A model generated the notes under the pieces. The model worked only from the letters and a program-made list of their open reading frames with translations, had not been told where the DNA came from and ran no database searches. This document shows positions 49,402-59,512 of a DNA stretch of 64,000 nt, in pieces. Source of the stretch: Ignavibacteriales bacterium (lineage in GTDB: Bacteria > Bacteroidota > Ignavibacteria > T3Sed10-11); NCBI GenBank assembly GCA_003567775.1, contig PWYR01000083.1, forward strand, positions 833 through 64,832, given 5' to 3'. Position 1 is the first letter of the stretch. Every line of letters begins with the position of its first letter. A program made the translations under genes and the position numbers.

Positions 49402-49620
49402 TCAAGAATTAGCTGTTTCTACTTTACCTGGTAATTTGCTGAGAGTAAGTTTAGCTAAGTTTACCTTATTGCTTGCATTATCAATATCAATTCCAACAAG
49501 TTTCCCATCAGCATCATAGTCAAGAATAACGCCTTCGGAAATTTCCTTACTTTCCCTACTCGGTTTCTCCGACAAATCTATATAAAGGGAATCCGTTTCA
49601 GGATAATAGTTTAATTTCAT
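49402..49620 (-). CDS. DUF2283 domain protein (second, diverged copy)
   Basis: 72 aa: YYPETDSLYIDLSEKPSRESKEISEGVILDYDADGKLVGIDIDNAS. Confidence 0.75.
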   Translation of the reverse strand: MKLNYYPETDSLYIDLSEKPSRESKEISEGVILDYDADGKLVGIDIDNASNKVNLAKLTLSKLPGKVETANS

Positions 49621-49858
49621 GGTTTACATCCTCTATCGGGAAAAGCATTATGTATAGTTAATTTGTCTTCTAAAGCAATGACCCGTAAATATCGATCCCC
49701 AAGTTCTGGAACAGATGCCCAAAATCGATACCGATTATGCTCCTGAGGTTCAAAATATACAGAGTTTTCAACAACGTAAATACACCATTCTTTTTTTAAA
49801 TATGGACGTTCCTTAAAACCTCATTTTCAAAATAATCAGTGTAATTATACTCAGCCAT
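49617..49858 (-). pseudogene. disrupted small toxin-like gene, paralogue of 45047-45297
   Basis: Frame 0 reads MAEYNYTDYFENEVLRNVHI*. The shifted frame continues RPYLKKEWCIYVVENSVYFEPQEHNRYRFWASVPELGDRYLRVIALEDKLTIHNAFPDRGCKP*. This is a single 1-nt frameshift near 49808-49812. The stop overlaps the DUF2283 ATG (ATGA). Confidence 0.65.
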
Positions 49859-49898
49859 TTATTTTTACTGATATACAGAAATTACTTGACTAAACATA

Positions 49899-49926
49899 AA
49901 TATACGATTTCTTTACGAAAAATCAA
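49899..49926 (-). promoter_or_regulatory. candidate sigma-70-type promoter of TA-like cassette 2 (possibly also paaABCD)
   Basis: Minus strand TTGATT-N16-TATATT, 41 nt upstream of the ATG at 49858. Confidence 0.35.
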
Positions 49927-49939
49927 CTTAGAATTTAAT

Positions 49940-50728
49940 TTATGCCGGTTCCGGCAATCCTGAAGCGATCAATAGATCTTTCGTATACGGGTGCCGGGGC
50001 TTGCTCAATAATCGCGATGTTTCCTGATCTTCGACAATCTTTCCGCGATATAGTACAATAATCCGGTCGCATATCTCAAGGGCCGATGCGACATCGTGAG
50101 TGATATACAGTATGGCAAACCCTCTTTCATCCTGTAATTTTTTTACAAGGTGTAGTATCTGCACCTGGGTCAAAATATCGAGAGCGGAAGTCGGTTCATC
50201 GAGAATCAACAATTCCGGGCGGGCTAATAAACTCCGGGCAAGAGCCACGCGCTGCCTCTGTCCGCCGCTTAGTTGCCGGGGGTATCTTTGCAATATATCA
50301 TAAGATAAATTAGTAGCATCAAGAACGTCTTGAATTTTCTCAAGATCAACTTTTTTGTTTGATGAGACATCCTGAGAATTCAAAGCTTCGAGTAAAGATT
50401 GTTTAACCGACATTCGGGGATTAAGGGACGCAGTGTGATTTTGAAAAAGCATTTGTATCTTTCTTCTGATACTTTTTCTGTTGCCTGTGTCGGGAAATAT
50501 ATTCAACCCTCTAAAGACTATGCTGCCGCCGTCGGGATGCAGTAATCCCGTAATACATCGTGCTATTGTACTTTTACCGCTGCCACTCTCACCGAGGATG
50601 CCTACCGTTTCCCTTTGGTGAATAGTATAGGAAATTCCATCGAGGACATCCTTTCTCTGTTTCCCAAACACACGCTGCGCTTGTACCTTAAAACTACAAC
50701 GTAAATCTTTCACTTCCAGTACGGACAT
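49940..50728 (-). CDS. peptide ABC transporter ATP-binding protein (OppF/DppF-like)
   Basis: Walker A GESGSGKS, signature LSGGQRQR, Walker B LLILDEPTS. Confidence 0.85.
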   Translation of the reverse strand: MSVLEVKDLRCSFKVQAQRVFGKQRKDVLDGISYTIHQRETVGILGESGSGKSTIARCITGLLHPDGGSIVFRGLNIFPDTGNRKSIRRKIQMLFQNHTASLNPRMSVKQSLLEALNSQDVSSNKKVDLEKIQDVLDATNLSYDILQRYPRQLSGGQRQRVALARSLLARPELLILDEPTSALDILTQVQILHLVKKLQDERGFAILYITHDVASALEICDRIIVLYRGKIVEDQETSRLLSKPRHPYTKDLLIASGLPEPA

Positions 50729-51678
50729 CTTACCAACCTTTCGTTATCAATTTCTGTGAGCGGCGGCTCTTCGATCTTGCAATCATCACGGACTTTATAA
50801 CATCTATTCTGAAATGTACAACCTTTCGGCAAATACATCGGGGATGGCAGACTACCGGAAAGCGATTGCGTGACAGTGGAATCAATATCTCCGGTTTTAA
50901 AATAATATTGCATTAATAATTGAGTGTATGGATGTAACGGTTGTACAAACAATTTTTCCCTGGGTGCGATTTCAACCAATCGTCCTGCATACATAACTGC
51001 CGCATCTTCAGCATATCGACGTGCAATCTCAAGGTCATGTGTGATGAGGAGTATCGACATACCCATTGTGCGTCGCATTTCGTCGAGAAAATCGAGGATG
51101 CGATACCGCAGCGTTGCATCGACCGAACTGGTCGGTTCATCTGCAATTAAAATCTTCGGCGACGGAAAAATCGCCATGACAATAAGTATCCTCTGCAGTG
51201 TACCCACACTAAGCTGATGCGGGTATGATTCCAATACTTCGTCTGGATTTTCTATGCCCGATTTCCTTAATAAATCTTGTATTTTCCTTAATTTACGAGT
51301 GCGATCCGATTTATTATTTAAATTCAATGCGTCATAAACTTGTTTTTTTATCTTTTTAACCGGATTAAATGATTGCACGGGATCCTGAAATACGTACCGT
51401 ATTTGTTCTCTTCTCAATGTGCGGATTTTCTCATCGGACAACTCCAAAATGTCTTCACCGTTCACGTAAACCTTTCCCTGCACTGAAAAATTATGAGCCC
51501 CGGAAAAAAGTCTTGTCAATGCAAACGCCAGAGTCGTCTTACCACAACCGCTCTCTCCGACAACGGCAAAAATTGACCCTTTTTTAATCTCGAATGATAT
51601 ATCATCAACAAGCGATACCGGTTTACTTTGATTAAAAACCTGCACAGTAAGGTTGTGAACACGGAGAATATTCTGCAT
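50710..51678 (-). CDS. peptide ABC transporter ATP-binding protein (OppD/DppD-like)
   Basis: Walker A GESGCGKT, signature LSVGTLQR, Walker B ILIADEPTS, and a C-terminal oligopeptide-type extension with Cys. Confidence 0.85.
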   Translation of the reverse strand: MQNILRVHNLTVQVFNQSKPVSLVDDISFEIKKGSIFAVVGESGCGKTTLAFALTRLFSGAHNFSVQGKVYVNGEDILELSDEKIRTLRREQIRYVFQDPVQSFNPVKKIKKQVYDALNLNNKSDRTRKLRKIQDLLRKSGIENPDEVLESYPHQLSVGTLQRILIVMAIFPSPKILIADEPTSSVDATLRYRILDFLDEMRRTMGMSILLITHDLEIARRYAEDAAVMYAGRLVEIAPREKLFVQPLHPYTQLLMQYYFKTGDIDSTVTQSLSGSLPSPMYLPKGCTFQNRCYKVRDDCKIEEPPLTEIDNERLVRCPYWK

Positions 51679-51812
51679 TATCTTTACCGATTAATGACCG
51701 GAGAAATAAATATAATTAAAATATTGATGTAAAACTTATAATTCCTTACTTTTACTAAGGATTTATTATAATAAATAACTTATTTTTTCAGAAAATACAA
51801 GAGGTCCTTCCG

Positions 51813-53480
51813 ATGAAATATATTTACCGGTTACTACTTGTATCACTCGTCATATTCCTCATAATTTCTGGATGCACCGAAAGAACTGATCCCGACCGGC
51901 CGGATATTGTTATTATCGGTATACCGGGAGACGCCGATACGTTCAACCCGCTATTCGCAACCGGGATTACGGCAAGTCAAATCATCGACATGGTCTACCC
52001 GAGTCTCGTCCATTCTGATTTCGATCTGGAAGACGGAACGATTTCATATCACCCCTCCTTATCAAAATCGTGGGAGCATCATAATGACAATAAACATATA
52101 ACATTCGATTTACGAACCGATGCAGTCTGGGAGGACGGTACACCGATTACCGCGCGGGATGTTTTCGTCACGTATAAACTTTACGGGAATCCTGAAATAG
52201 GAAGCGTCAGGCAGGATGCTCTCGAAAATTTTCTGAAAAATGCGGACGGAACTCCGGATATAGAACAAAGCATTGAGATAACCGACGACTCGACCATAAC
52301 ATTTAAATTTGAATCCGCATACACCGGACAATTGTTCGATGCGGGGTTACCGATACTACCTGCTCATATTTTCGAAACCATTCCCGGTGAAGAACTTCGT
52401 ACTCACCCGGTAAACCGGCAGCCGGTCGGAGCAGGACCATTCAAGCTACGCTCCTGGACGCCGCAACAATCTGTTGTTCTGGAATCAAACGATTTATCCG
52501 TCCTCCCCCATCCGGCAACACTGTCCCGGCTCATATTTCAGGTTATACCGGATTATCAATCGAGAATATCACAACTCGAATCGGGAGAAATCGATATGAT
52601 GGATGATATTACGGTCGAGGACGCGGAACGGATGGAGAGAAGAAGGACATCAGTTAACATCACACCTATGCCCGAGCGCAGGTATTATTTCGTCGGATGG
52701 AATAATATCGACACCGAGGCATACGCAGATTCAGAGGGACAAACGATACAACCGCATCCATTATTCGGAGACCCGGACGTCAGAACGGCGCTCACACTGG
52801 CAATCAACCGGGCAGAAATGACAAACGCATTCTTCGGTGATTATGCCCGTGAAGCCGTCGGTCCAATCCCGCCGGTCTTTCGATGGGCTTATGATGAAAC
52901 ATTGGAACCGCTCCCGTATGATCCTCGTCGTGCATCTCAATTGCTTGAAAATGCAGGTTGGGAGGTCGATGATAGTGGAATTTTGCGCAATGGAAACACC
53001 CGTTTTTCTTTCACAATGATGATACCGTCGGGAGATCATTTGCGATCGATGATGGCAAGTACCATCCAACAACAGTTGAGAGAAATCAATATTGAAATGA
53101 ACATCGAACAGGTTGAAGGCGCGGTCTTTCTTCAAAATCTTATGCGAAAATCTTATGACGCATGGATTGTCGGATTTATGTTTCCGCTGGAACTTCAGAT
53201 CGATAACCTGTGGGGCTCGGATTTTAACACTGCATATTTTAATTTTGTGTCATTTCAGGATGAAAGAGTCGATGAAATTCTTGCAAGAACGAGAGTCTTA
53301 TACGACACAGATGAAGCGGCGCCGCTCTGGATGGAACTCCAGAGAATCTTTCACCAAAAGCAACCTGCGACATTCCTTTGTTGGGTAAGCAATATTGTTG
53401 GGGTACATGAGAGAGTTAAGGGTAAAACAGTCGATATTCACGGATTAACTCACCGGGCCTGGGAGTGGTATACTGATTAA
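51813..53480 (+). CDS. ABC transporter substrate-binding lipoprotein, family 5 (peptide/nickel)
   Basis: 555 aa with lipobox LIISGC and the SBP_bac_5 pattern. Confidence 0.8.
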   Translation: MKYIYRLLLVSLVIFLIISGCTERTDPDRPDIVIIGIPGDADTFNPLFATGITASQIIDMVYPSLVHSDFDLEDGTISYHPSLSKSWEHHNDNKHITFDLRTDAVWEDGTPITARDVFVTYKLYGNPEIGSVRQDALENFLKNADGTPDIEQSIEITDDSTITFKFESAYTGQLFDAGLPILPAHIFETIPGEELRTHPVNRQPVGAGPFKLRSWTPQQSVVLESNDLSVLPHPATLSRLIFQVIPDYQSRISQLESGEIDMMDDITVEDAERMERRRTSVNITPMPERRYYFVGWNNIDTEAYADSEGQTIQPHPLFGDPDVRTALTLAINRAEMTNAFFGDYAREAVGPIPPVFRWAYDETLEPLPYDPRRASQLLENAGWEVDDSGILRNGNTRFSFTMMIPSGDHLRSMMASTIQQQLREINIEMNIEQVEGAVFLQNLMRKSYDAWIVGFMFPLELQIDNLWGSDFNTAYFNFVSFQDERVDEILARTRVLYDTDEAAPLWMELQRIFHQKQPATFLCWVSNIVGVHERVKGKTVDIHGLTHRAWEWYTD

Positions 53481-53545
53481 CGCAATTACTTGTTTCGCGA
53501 GACGATTAATAATGACTGCAATGTAATTTCCGAAAGGTTAACGGC

Positions 53546-54517
53546 ATGATTCGTCTCATACTGGGGCGTATTGTTTCATCAATCCCTCTCATTGTCGGGC
53601 TGGTAACCATAGTATTTATTATTGTTCGATTGTTACCGGGCGATCCGATGACAATCTACATTTCGCCTGCTGTTCCGCCTGCTGTTGCTGAGCAACTACG
53701 TGCAGAATTCGGATTTGACAAATCGATTATACATCAATATGGTCGATGGATCTGGGGGGTAATGAGAGGCGAGCTGGGATTTTCTTTTACGCATCAGAGA
53801 GGCGTTGCAGAAGTAATAACATCTGCATTCCCGAATACACTCATTCTTGCCGGAACCGCTATTTTATTTCAACTTATCCTCGGTATTTCGCTCGGACTTC
53901 TCGCAGTGCGGTTTCATAAATCTTTCATTGATAAAATTGTATCGGTCGGCGGGCTGATTATCTACACCCTCCCGACTTTCTGGGTAGCTATTCTCCTTCT
54001 TTACGTTTTTTCATATACTCTCGGAATTTTTCCCTCCTCACAAATGCACTCCATCGGCGCGGATGAATTCGGAAGAATAGAATATTTACTCGACCTGTTA
54101 AAACACCTAATTCTACCCGCAACCGTATTAGCATTACCGGGTGCGGCGGCAATTGCCCGCTATTTACGGACTAACTTACTCGATGTACTTCATGAACAAT
54201 TTATCATTAACGCGAGAAGTATGGGGTTAAGCGAGCGAAAAATATTTTTATCGTATGCTCTTTCGAATGCATTGATCCCGACAATTACTATTACCGGTAC
54301 GACTATCGGAATACTTCTTGCGGGTGCGATCGTTACCGAAACAATTTTTTCATGGCCCGGAATGGGGCGCCTCACCGTCTCCGCTATCTTTGCACGCGAT
54401 TACCCGCTCATTATCGGTTGTACTTTAGTTGCGGGTATCGTCGTAATAATCGGAAATTTAATCGCCGATATTATGTACCGTGTTGTCGATCCAAGAATCC
54501 GGACAGAGGGATTATGA
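53546..54517 (+). CDS. peptide ABC transporter permease (OppB/DppB-like)
   Basis: 323 aa with RLLPGDP at the N-terminus and a BPD transport-type TM core. Confidence 0.85.
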   Translation: MIRLILGRIVSSIPLIVGLVTIVFIIVRLLPGDPMTIYISPAVPPAVAEQLRAEFGFDKSIIHQYGRWIWGVMRGELGFSFTHQRGVAEVITSAFPNTLILAGTAILFQLILGISLGLLAVRFHKSFIDKIVSVGGLIIYTLPTFWVAILLLYVFSYTLGIFPSSQMHSIGADEFGRIEYLLDLLKHLILPATVLALPGAAAIARYLRTNLLDVLHEQFIINARSMGLSERKIFLSYALSNALIPTITITGTTIGILLAGAIVTETIFSWPGMGRLTVSAIFARDYPLIIGCTLVAGIVVIIGNLIADIMYRVVDPRIRTEGL

Positions 54518-55767
54518 AAGTTTTTGTAAAAAAATATTTCAATTTCCTGCTACTTATTTTTGGTCTTGTTGTTCTATACAGTACCTTATTTAAGTATACA
54601 CTGATCAAGCAGAGTCTTATATCACTCTTCTTTACAATAATTAGCATCGCCATCTCTCCGCACAAAGCCGGTGAGTTTTGGAATCGGGCGCTCATGGAGT
54701 ACTGGGTTGCCGGGCTTACCTACTTATTTCTTGTAATCGCACTACTAGTTATTATTGTAAAAATTGAAAATTTAAAAATTCTTATTTCTAAGGTTTTTAC
54801 TCAACGCAACTCGGTATCGGGATTTTACGGCGTCGTTTCCTTTGTCCTCATCTCATTGTTAGCGCCTGTATTAGCGCCGGCAGATCCGTATGCACAGGGA
54901 GACCTTGCCACAACCCGGCTCTTACAACCGTTCACTCAAGGTACGATGATGATTCGTATTCCGGACGCTCCTCCCGGGTTGGAAGAGAAAAACCGGATAG
55001 AAAAAATTCGCCGTACCGCAAACAACTATCTTTTAAATCGCATCACACGATTCACCCGCTCAGATGAATATACGGCCGCTAACGAATATCACACTTCTTC
55101 GATTATTTTTATACTGGGAACCGATTCATTAGGTCGGGATGTTTTCAGCAGAATAATCTATGGTACACGTATATCGGTCGGTATCGGGTTCGCGGCAACA
55201 ATAGCAGCAATGTCATTTGGAACATTTATAGGGTTACTATCGGGTTTCTTTTTCGGATTTGTCGATAAAATTTTGATGAGATTCGTCGATTTATTTATTG
55301 CAATTCCGTCTTTATTTCTCGTTATTACCCTTGTTGCTTTTTTAGGACGCTCAATAACGGTACTCATTATTATACTTGCAGCAGCGGGTTGGATGGGAAC
55401 AGCCCGGTTAGTTCGGGCAGAAGTGCTTAAACTCCGCGAACGGGAATTCGTACTTTCCGCGAAACTGCTCGGTGTTTCATGGTTCGGAATAATTCGATCC
55501 CATTTAATACCGAATGTTCTGCCGGTGATTCTTACCGGTGCAATACTGCAGTTAGGAAATGTAATATTGGCGGAAGCTGCATTAAGTTTCCTCGGATTAG
55601 GGACGCAGCCGCCGATACCAAGCTGGGGGAATATCATCGGCGAGGCAACACCGTATCTGCGGATCGCCTGGTGGATTGCGATTTTTCCCGGACTTGCTCT
55701 TTCATTGTTCGTGATTTCGGCTCATCTTATTGTTGAGGGGGCGCAAGAAAAAATTCAAAGCATTTAA
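54514..55767 (+). CDS. peptide ABC transporter permease (OppC/DppC-like) with about 105-aa N-terminal TM extension
   Basis: The ATG at 54514 overlaps the oppB-like stop (ATGA). The canonical OppC N-terminus (VSGFYGVVSFVLISLLAPVLAPADPY, GTDSLGRDVFSR) starts near residue 105. The track start at 54352 lies inside the upstream gene. Confidence 0.8.
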   Translation: MKVFVKKYFNFLLLIFGLVVLYSTLFKYTLIKQSLISLFFTIISIAISPHKAGEFWNRALMEYWVAGLTYLFLVIALLVIIVKIENLKILISKVFTQRNSVSGFYGVVSFVLISLLAPVLAPADPYAQGDLATTRLLQPFTQGTMMIRIPDAPPGLEEKNRIEKIRRTANNYLLNRITRFTRSDEYTAANEYHTSSIIFILGTDSLGRDVFSRIIYGTRISVGIGFAATIAAMSFGTFIGLLSGFFFGFVDKILMRFVDLFIAIPSLFLVITLVAFLGRSITVLIIILAAAGWMGTARLVRAEVLKLREREFVLSAKLLGVSWFGIIRSHLIPNVLPVILTGAILQLGNVILAEAALSFLGLGTQPPIPSWGNIIGEATPYLRIAWWIAIFPGLALSLFVISAHLIVEGAQEKIQSI

Positions 55768-55789
55768 CTATTAATATCAAAGCGAATTA

Positions 55790-58700
55790 ATGGCTATCAT
55801 CAACAAACGATGCGAGATTATTGAAAAAATCGGAGCGGGTGCTACGGGCAACGTTTTTCTCGTCAATGACACTTTTTACGAAAATGTCTCCGTTGCGTTA
55901 AAAACCATTCAGGCAGATTACATCACAGAGGAATCGCTAAAATCCCTCAAAGATGAATTTCTGACTCTTAAACAATTCGATCATCCAAACCTCGTCAAAG
56001 TATTCCACTTTGATAAAATTGTCACCTCGGATATTCCGGAATTTAAAAACGACTATTTCTTTACGCTCAGCTATATTAAAGGACAGGATCTATTTCGTGC
56101 AACAGAAAATGCTTCGATTGAATCCCTGTATGAAATCACGTACCAACTTTGCGAAGCGCTTCATTACATCCACAGACATAATTTAATTCACTTTGATATA
56201 AAACCGGAAAATATCCTTATGACCGAGGAGATGATAAGCGATGAACTTCTACCGATCGTAAAAATCATCGATTTCGGGTTTGCCGCAACTAATGTCGGTG
56301 AAGACCGACCCCCTATTCGCGGTACATTGGAGTATATGGCGCCAGAACTTCTTCGCGGCGAGTCATTCGATCACCGGGCGGATCTGTATTCTCTCGGTAT
56401 GACCCTTTATCATATAATAACCCGGACGCTTCCTTTTGCAACGGATTCTTCTATTGATATAATAAAAAAACAAATTTCCGAGTTCCCCCCGCCTATTTCA
56501 GACTTCCGCCCCGATATTCCGGATGTTTTAAATACGATAGTAGTAAAACTCCTCGAAAAAGACCCGGTAAATAGGTTTCAGAATGCAAGTGATGTTATCG
56601 AACAGGTTCGAGATAAATTCCCCAGATACCACTTTTTTAAAAAACAATTATCCGATATCCCTCCCGTTAAAATTATCGGCAGAGAAGATGAAATAGGTCT
56701 TTTATCCGAACAAATCAAAAACCGCGTTACCAAATCACCGAACGGGCACGCAAATTTCATCATCGTTGAAGGGGATACCGGTATTGGAAAAACCGCTCTG
56801 TTATCCGAATTGGCAAGACGAATTGAATCAGAAGATAAAATTATTATCGAAACCCGTTGCTATGGAGAATCTTCCGCACCGTATGAACCATTTCGCAGGA
56901 TGTGTAAAGAACTTCTATTTTTCCTTAAGAAAATGGAGACAACCGGCGAAAAACTTATCTCACAATATAACTCTGTTTTTGAAACGTTGGTATATGATTC
57001 ATTTTCCGGGAAAGAAAGTACGCTCGCGCAAATATCAGAGGGTGTTGATTCAAAATTACGATTCCATAATATCGTCGCATCACTATTTGTGGAGTTTTCG
57101 GAACTCAAACCGTTTGTTATGTTTATTGATGACATCCATCTTGCCGATGAGTCGAGCGTTGAACTATTTCAATATATCGAACGGGCTTTGGCCGATTCTC
57201 CGGCAATTATGATAGCAACATCTCACCAGGGGAAATACGATCATCGGGTCAAAACAAGAAAAAACGGAACCGGGGTAATCTCGCTTGACGAATTTAATGA
57301 GAGTGAAATACAGGAATTTGTGGCAACCTACCTCAATAGCAAATATATTGATAAAGAAATAGTCGAAACATTACATCAGGAAGTGGGCGGCTTGCCCTAT
57401 CTACTAAGAGAATTTTTGCTTCAATTTTCAGATCTCCCATCCGATAAGGCATTACGTGCTCTCAGCCAAGCACTTAAGGACCCGGACAGGTTTCCACGTA
57501 CTATAACTCAATTGTATCAAAATAAAATCGATCAGGGAACGCCGGAGGAAAATAATCTGCTTGCCATACTCAGTTGTTTTTCTACTCCCCTGGATAATTC
57601 GTCGTGCAAAAAGATTAGCCCATATTCACCCGAAAGAACCATCCAATTCATCAACAAACTTACACGAAAAGGGTATTTAAAGGCAACTGATGAAGGAACA
57701 AAGTACCTTTTTGCTCAACGCCGATTTCAACAATTCATCTATGACTCAATCGGTGATGAAAAAGAAGGACTACATCATCTCATTGCCGAATCTCTCGACC
57801 AAATATACACAAAAAAAGCAACCGATCAATCCAAACACATTGCATATCACTATAGAAAATCGGGTGATATACAAAAGGCGGTTCAACATTATTTAGCTGC
57901 TGCCGAATATGCAATTTCTATTTTTGCAATTAATGAATATACTCAGCTTCTTGAAATTTGTCTTGAATTGCAAATTGAAGACGAGGGCTTGATCCGGAAT
58001 ATAATGGAAAAATTAGGCGAGGGATATATCCTTCTCGCTGATTATGGAAAAGCAGAAAAAATATTCAAACAACTACTGGAGCATCCGGATTTATCTGATT
58101 CTACAAAATTACCTTATCTTAAATCATTGGGGATTGCACAAATTAGATTAGGACATCTCGACAACGCGACACAAACTCTTATGGAAGCTTCGGCATTGGC
58201 GTTATCCATCCCGGATCAAATTGAGCTTGAGAGCGAATTAGTATCCATAGAAATTATGCGCGGAAATTATTCCGAAGCCAATCGACGGTGTATAAAATTG
58301 CTGGAAGAATTCAGTGAAGCAAAATCCTCCCCCGAATTGAGCACTCTCTACAATAAAATGGGAATCATCAACTTTTATCAAACCAATTACGACGACGCAT
58401 TACAACATTTCTCCCGCTCTCTACGCATATTGAAAAAACTAAAACTAAAAGATAAACTGATCGTTCCCTATTTGAATCTCGGTAACGTCTCCAGTAGTCG
58501 GGGAAATTATCAGGAGGCGGAATATTATTGGAATGAAGCTCTCACACTATGTAAAGAGATCGGCAACGTACAACAAGAGGCGCAAATTCATAATAATTTA
58601 GGTATTGCCGCTTATCAACAAGAAAAATACAATGAATCAATCACCTATTATAAAAAAGCCCTGAACATATTCAGAAGGATCGATAATATACCCGGTGAAG

Positions 58701-59512
58701 CACTCTGTTTGTTAAATCTCGGAGAGGTCTATTTAGCGATATCCGAATTCCAGAATTCTCTTTCGAATTTGCAACAATGTCTCGATATTAACGATTATTT
58801 GCAAGATAATCAGGGACTTACCGAAAGTCACCTTCACCTTGCAACTATTTTTCTTCAAATCGGGGATTCGGAGCAAGTGCGTTATCATCTTGACAAAGCC
58901 GGACGTATTATTGAGGACGCTGGAATTAACACTCAACGGGGCATATTTTTATTACTTTCGGGTAAATTTGAAGGATATCGAAATAATTACGAAGCAGCAA
59001 ACGACTTCCTCACCCAAGCTCAATCTTTCTTTGAAACAACCAACGATTTAAAACAACATTATGCAACATTACTCGAACTTGCCCGCATAGAAAGATATCT
59101 GGGAAATTATACAAAAGGTACAAAATTACTGAATGATGTAATCGCTTATTGCAACAAAGAGAATTTGACCTGGATGCGCGCCGAGGCGTTATTTGAATTG
59201 GGTTTGCTTGCCCAGGAACATAAAGCCGATGAAAGTTTTAATCCTCTGAATTATTTTAATAATTCGTTCAAAATTATCCGGGATCAGCACGTGTCGGATT
59301 TAACCTGGAAAGTGTGTTATCACATCGCGAAAGAATACTTAAAACGAGGATTAAACGCCAAGGCAAAAAAGTATCTTTTACTTGCAAAAAAAATTCTCGA
59401 TTATTTTGTTGACTCATTTACCGACAGGTCGATACGACTACATTTTCTGAATAATCATCGTCGCAGAGAAACGATCGAGGAAGTTGCTTCTATTCTTAAA
59501 AAAATCGGATAA
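55790..59512 (+). CDS. Ser/Thr protein kinase fused to STAND/AAA ATPase and C-terminal TPR array (PknK/MalT-like architecture)
   Basis: Kinase motifs: GAGATGNV, VALK, HFDIKPEN (non-RD), DFG and APE. The NTPase has GDTGIGKTALL (Walker A) and MFIDDIHLADE (Walker B). About 550 aa of TPR-like repeats follow. Confidence 0.85.
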   Translation: MAIINKRCEIIEKIGAGATGNVFLVNDTFYENVSVALKTIQADYITEESLKSLKDEFLTLKQFDHPNLVKVFHFDKIVTSDIPEFKNDYFFTLSYIKGQDLFRATENASIESLYEITYQLCEALHYIHRHNLIHFDIKPENILMTEEMISDELLPIVKIIDFGFAATNVGEDRPPIRGTLEYMAPELLRGESFDHRADLYSLGMTLYHIITRTLPFATDSSIDIIKKQISEFPPPISDFRPDIPDVLNTIVVKLLEKDPVNRFQNASDVIEQVRDKFPRYHFFKKQLSDIPPVKIIGREDEIGLLSEQIKNRVTKSPNGHANFIIVEGDTGIGKTALLSELARRIESEDKIIIETRCYGESSAPYEPFRRMCKELLFFLKKMETTGEKLISQYNSVFETLVYDSFSGKESTLAQISEGVDSKLRFHNIVASLFVEFSELKPFVMFIDDIHLADESSVELFQYIERALADSPAIMIATSHQGKYDHRVKTRKNGTGVISLDEFNESEIQEFVATYLNSKYIDKEIVETLHQEVGGLPYLLREFLLQFSDLPSDKALRALSQALKDPDRFPRTITQLYQNKIDQGTPEENNLLAILSCFSTPLDNSSCKKISPYSPERTIQFINKLTRKGYLKATDEGTKYLFAQRRFQQFIYDSIGDEKEGLHHLIAESLDQIYTKKATDQSKHIAYHYRKSGDIQKAVQHYLAAAEYAISIFAINEYTQLLEICLELQIEDEGLIRNIMEKLGEGYILLADYGKAEKIFKQLLEHPDLSDSTKLPYLKSLGIAQIRLGHLDNATQTLMEASALALSIPDQIELESELVSIEIMRGNYSEANRRCIKLLEEFSEAKSSPELSTLYNKMGIINFYQTNYDDALQHFSRSLRILKKLKLKDKLIVPYLNLGNVSSSRGNYQEAEYYWNEALTLCKEIGNVQQEAQIHNNLGIAAYQQEKYNESITYYKKALNIFRRIDNIPGEALCLLNLGEVYLAISEFQNSLSNLQQCLDINDYLQDNQGLTESHLHLATIFLQIGDSEQVRYHLDKAGRIIEDAGINTQRGIFLLLSGKFEGYRNNYEAANDFLTQAQSFFETTNDLKQHYATLLELARIERYLGNYTKGTKLLNDVIAYCNKENLTWMRAEALFELGLLAQEHKADESFNPLNYFNNSFKIIRDQHVSDLTWKVCYHIAKEYLKRGLNAKAKKYLLLAKKILDYFVDSFTDRSIRLHFLNNHRRRETIEEVASILKKIG

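Noticed and set aside
45047-49858. Programmed ribosomal frameshifting in the two toxin-like genes
   Set aside because: The frame changes occur at non-homologous positions in the two paralogues. Neither has a slippery heptamer plus downstream structure, and copy 1 also has an in-frame TAG. Decay is the simpler explanation.
54352-54513. N-terminal extension of the oppC-like ORF
   Set aside because: It overlaps the oppB-like coding region. The ATG at 54514 forms an ATGA stop/start overlap, and the upstream Arg-rich translation is not membrane-protein-like.
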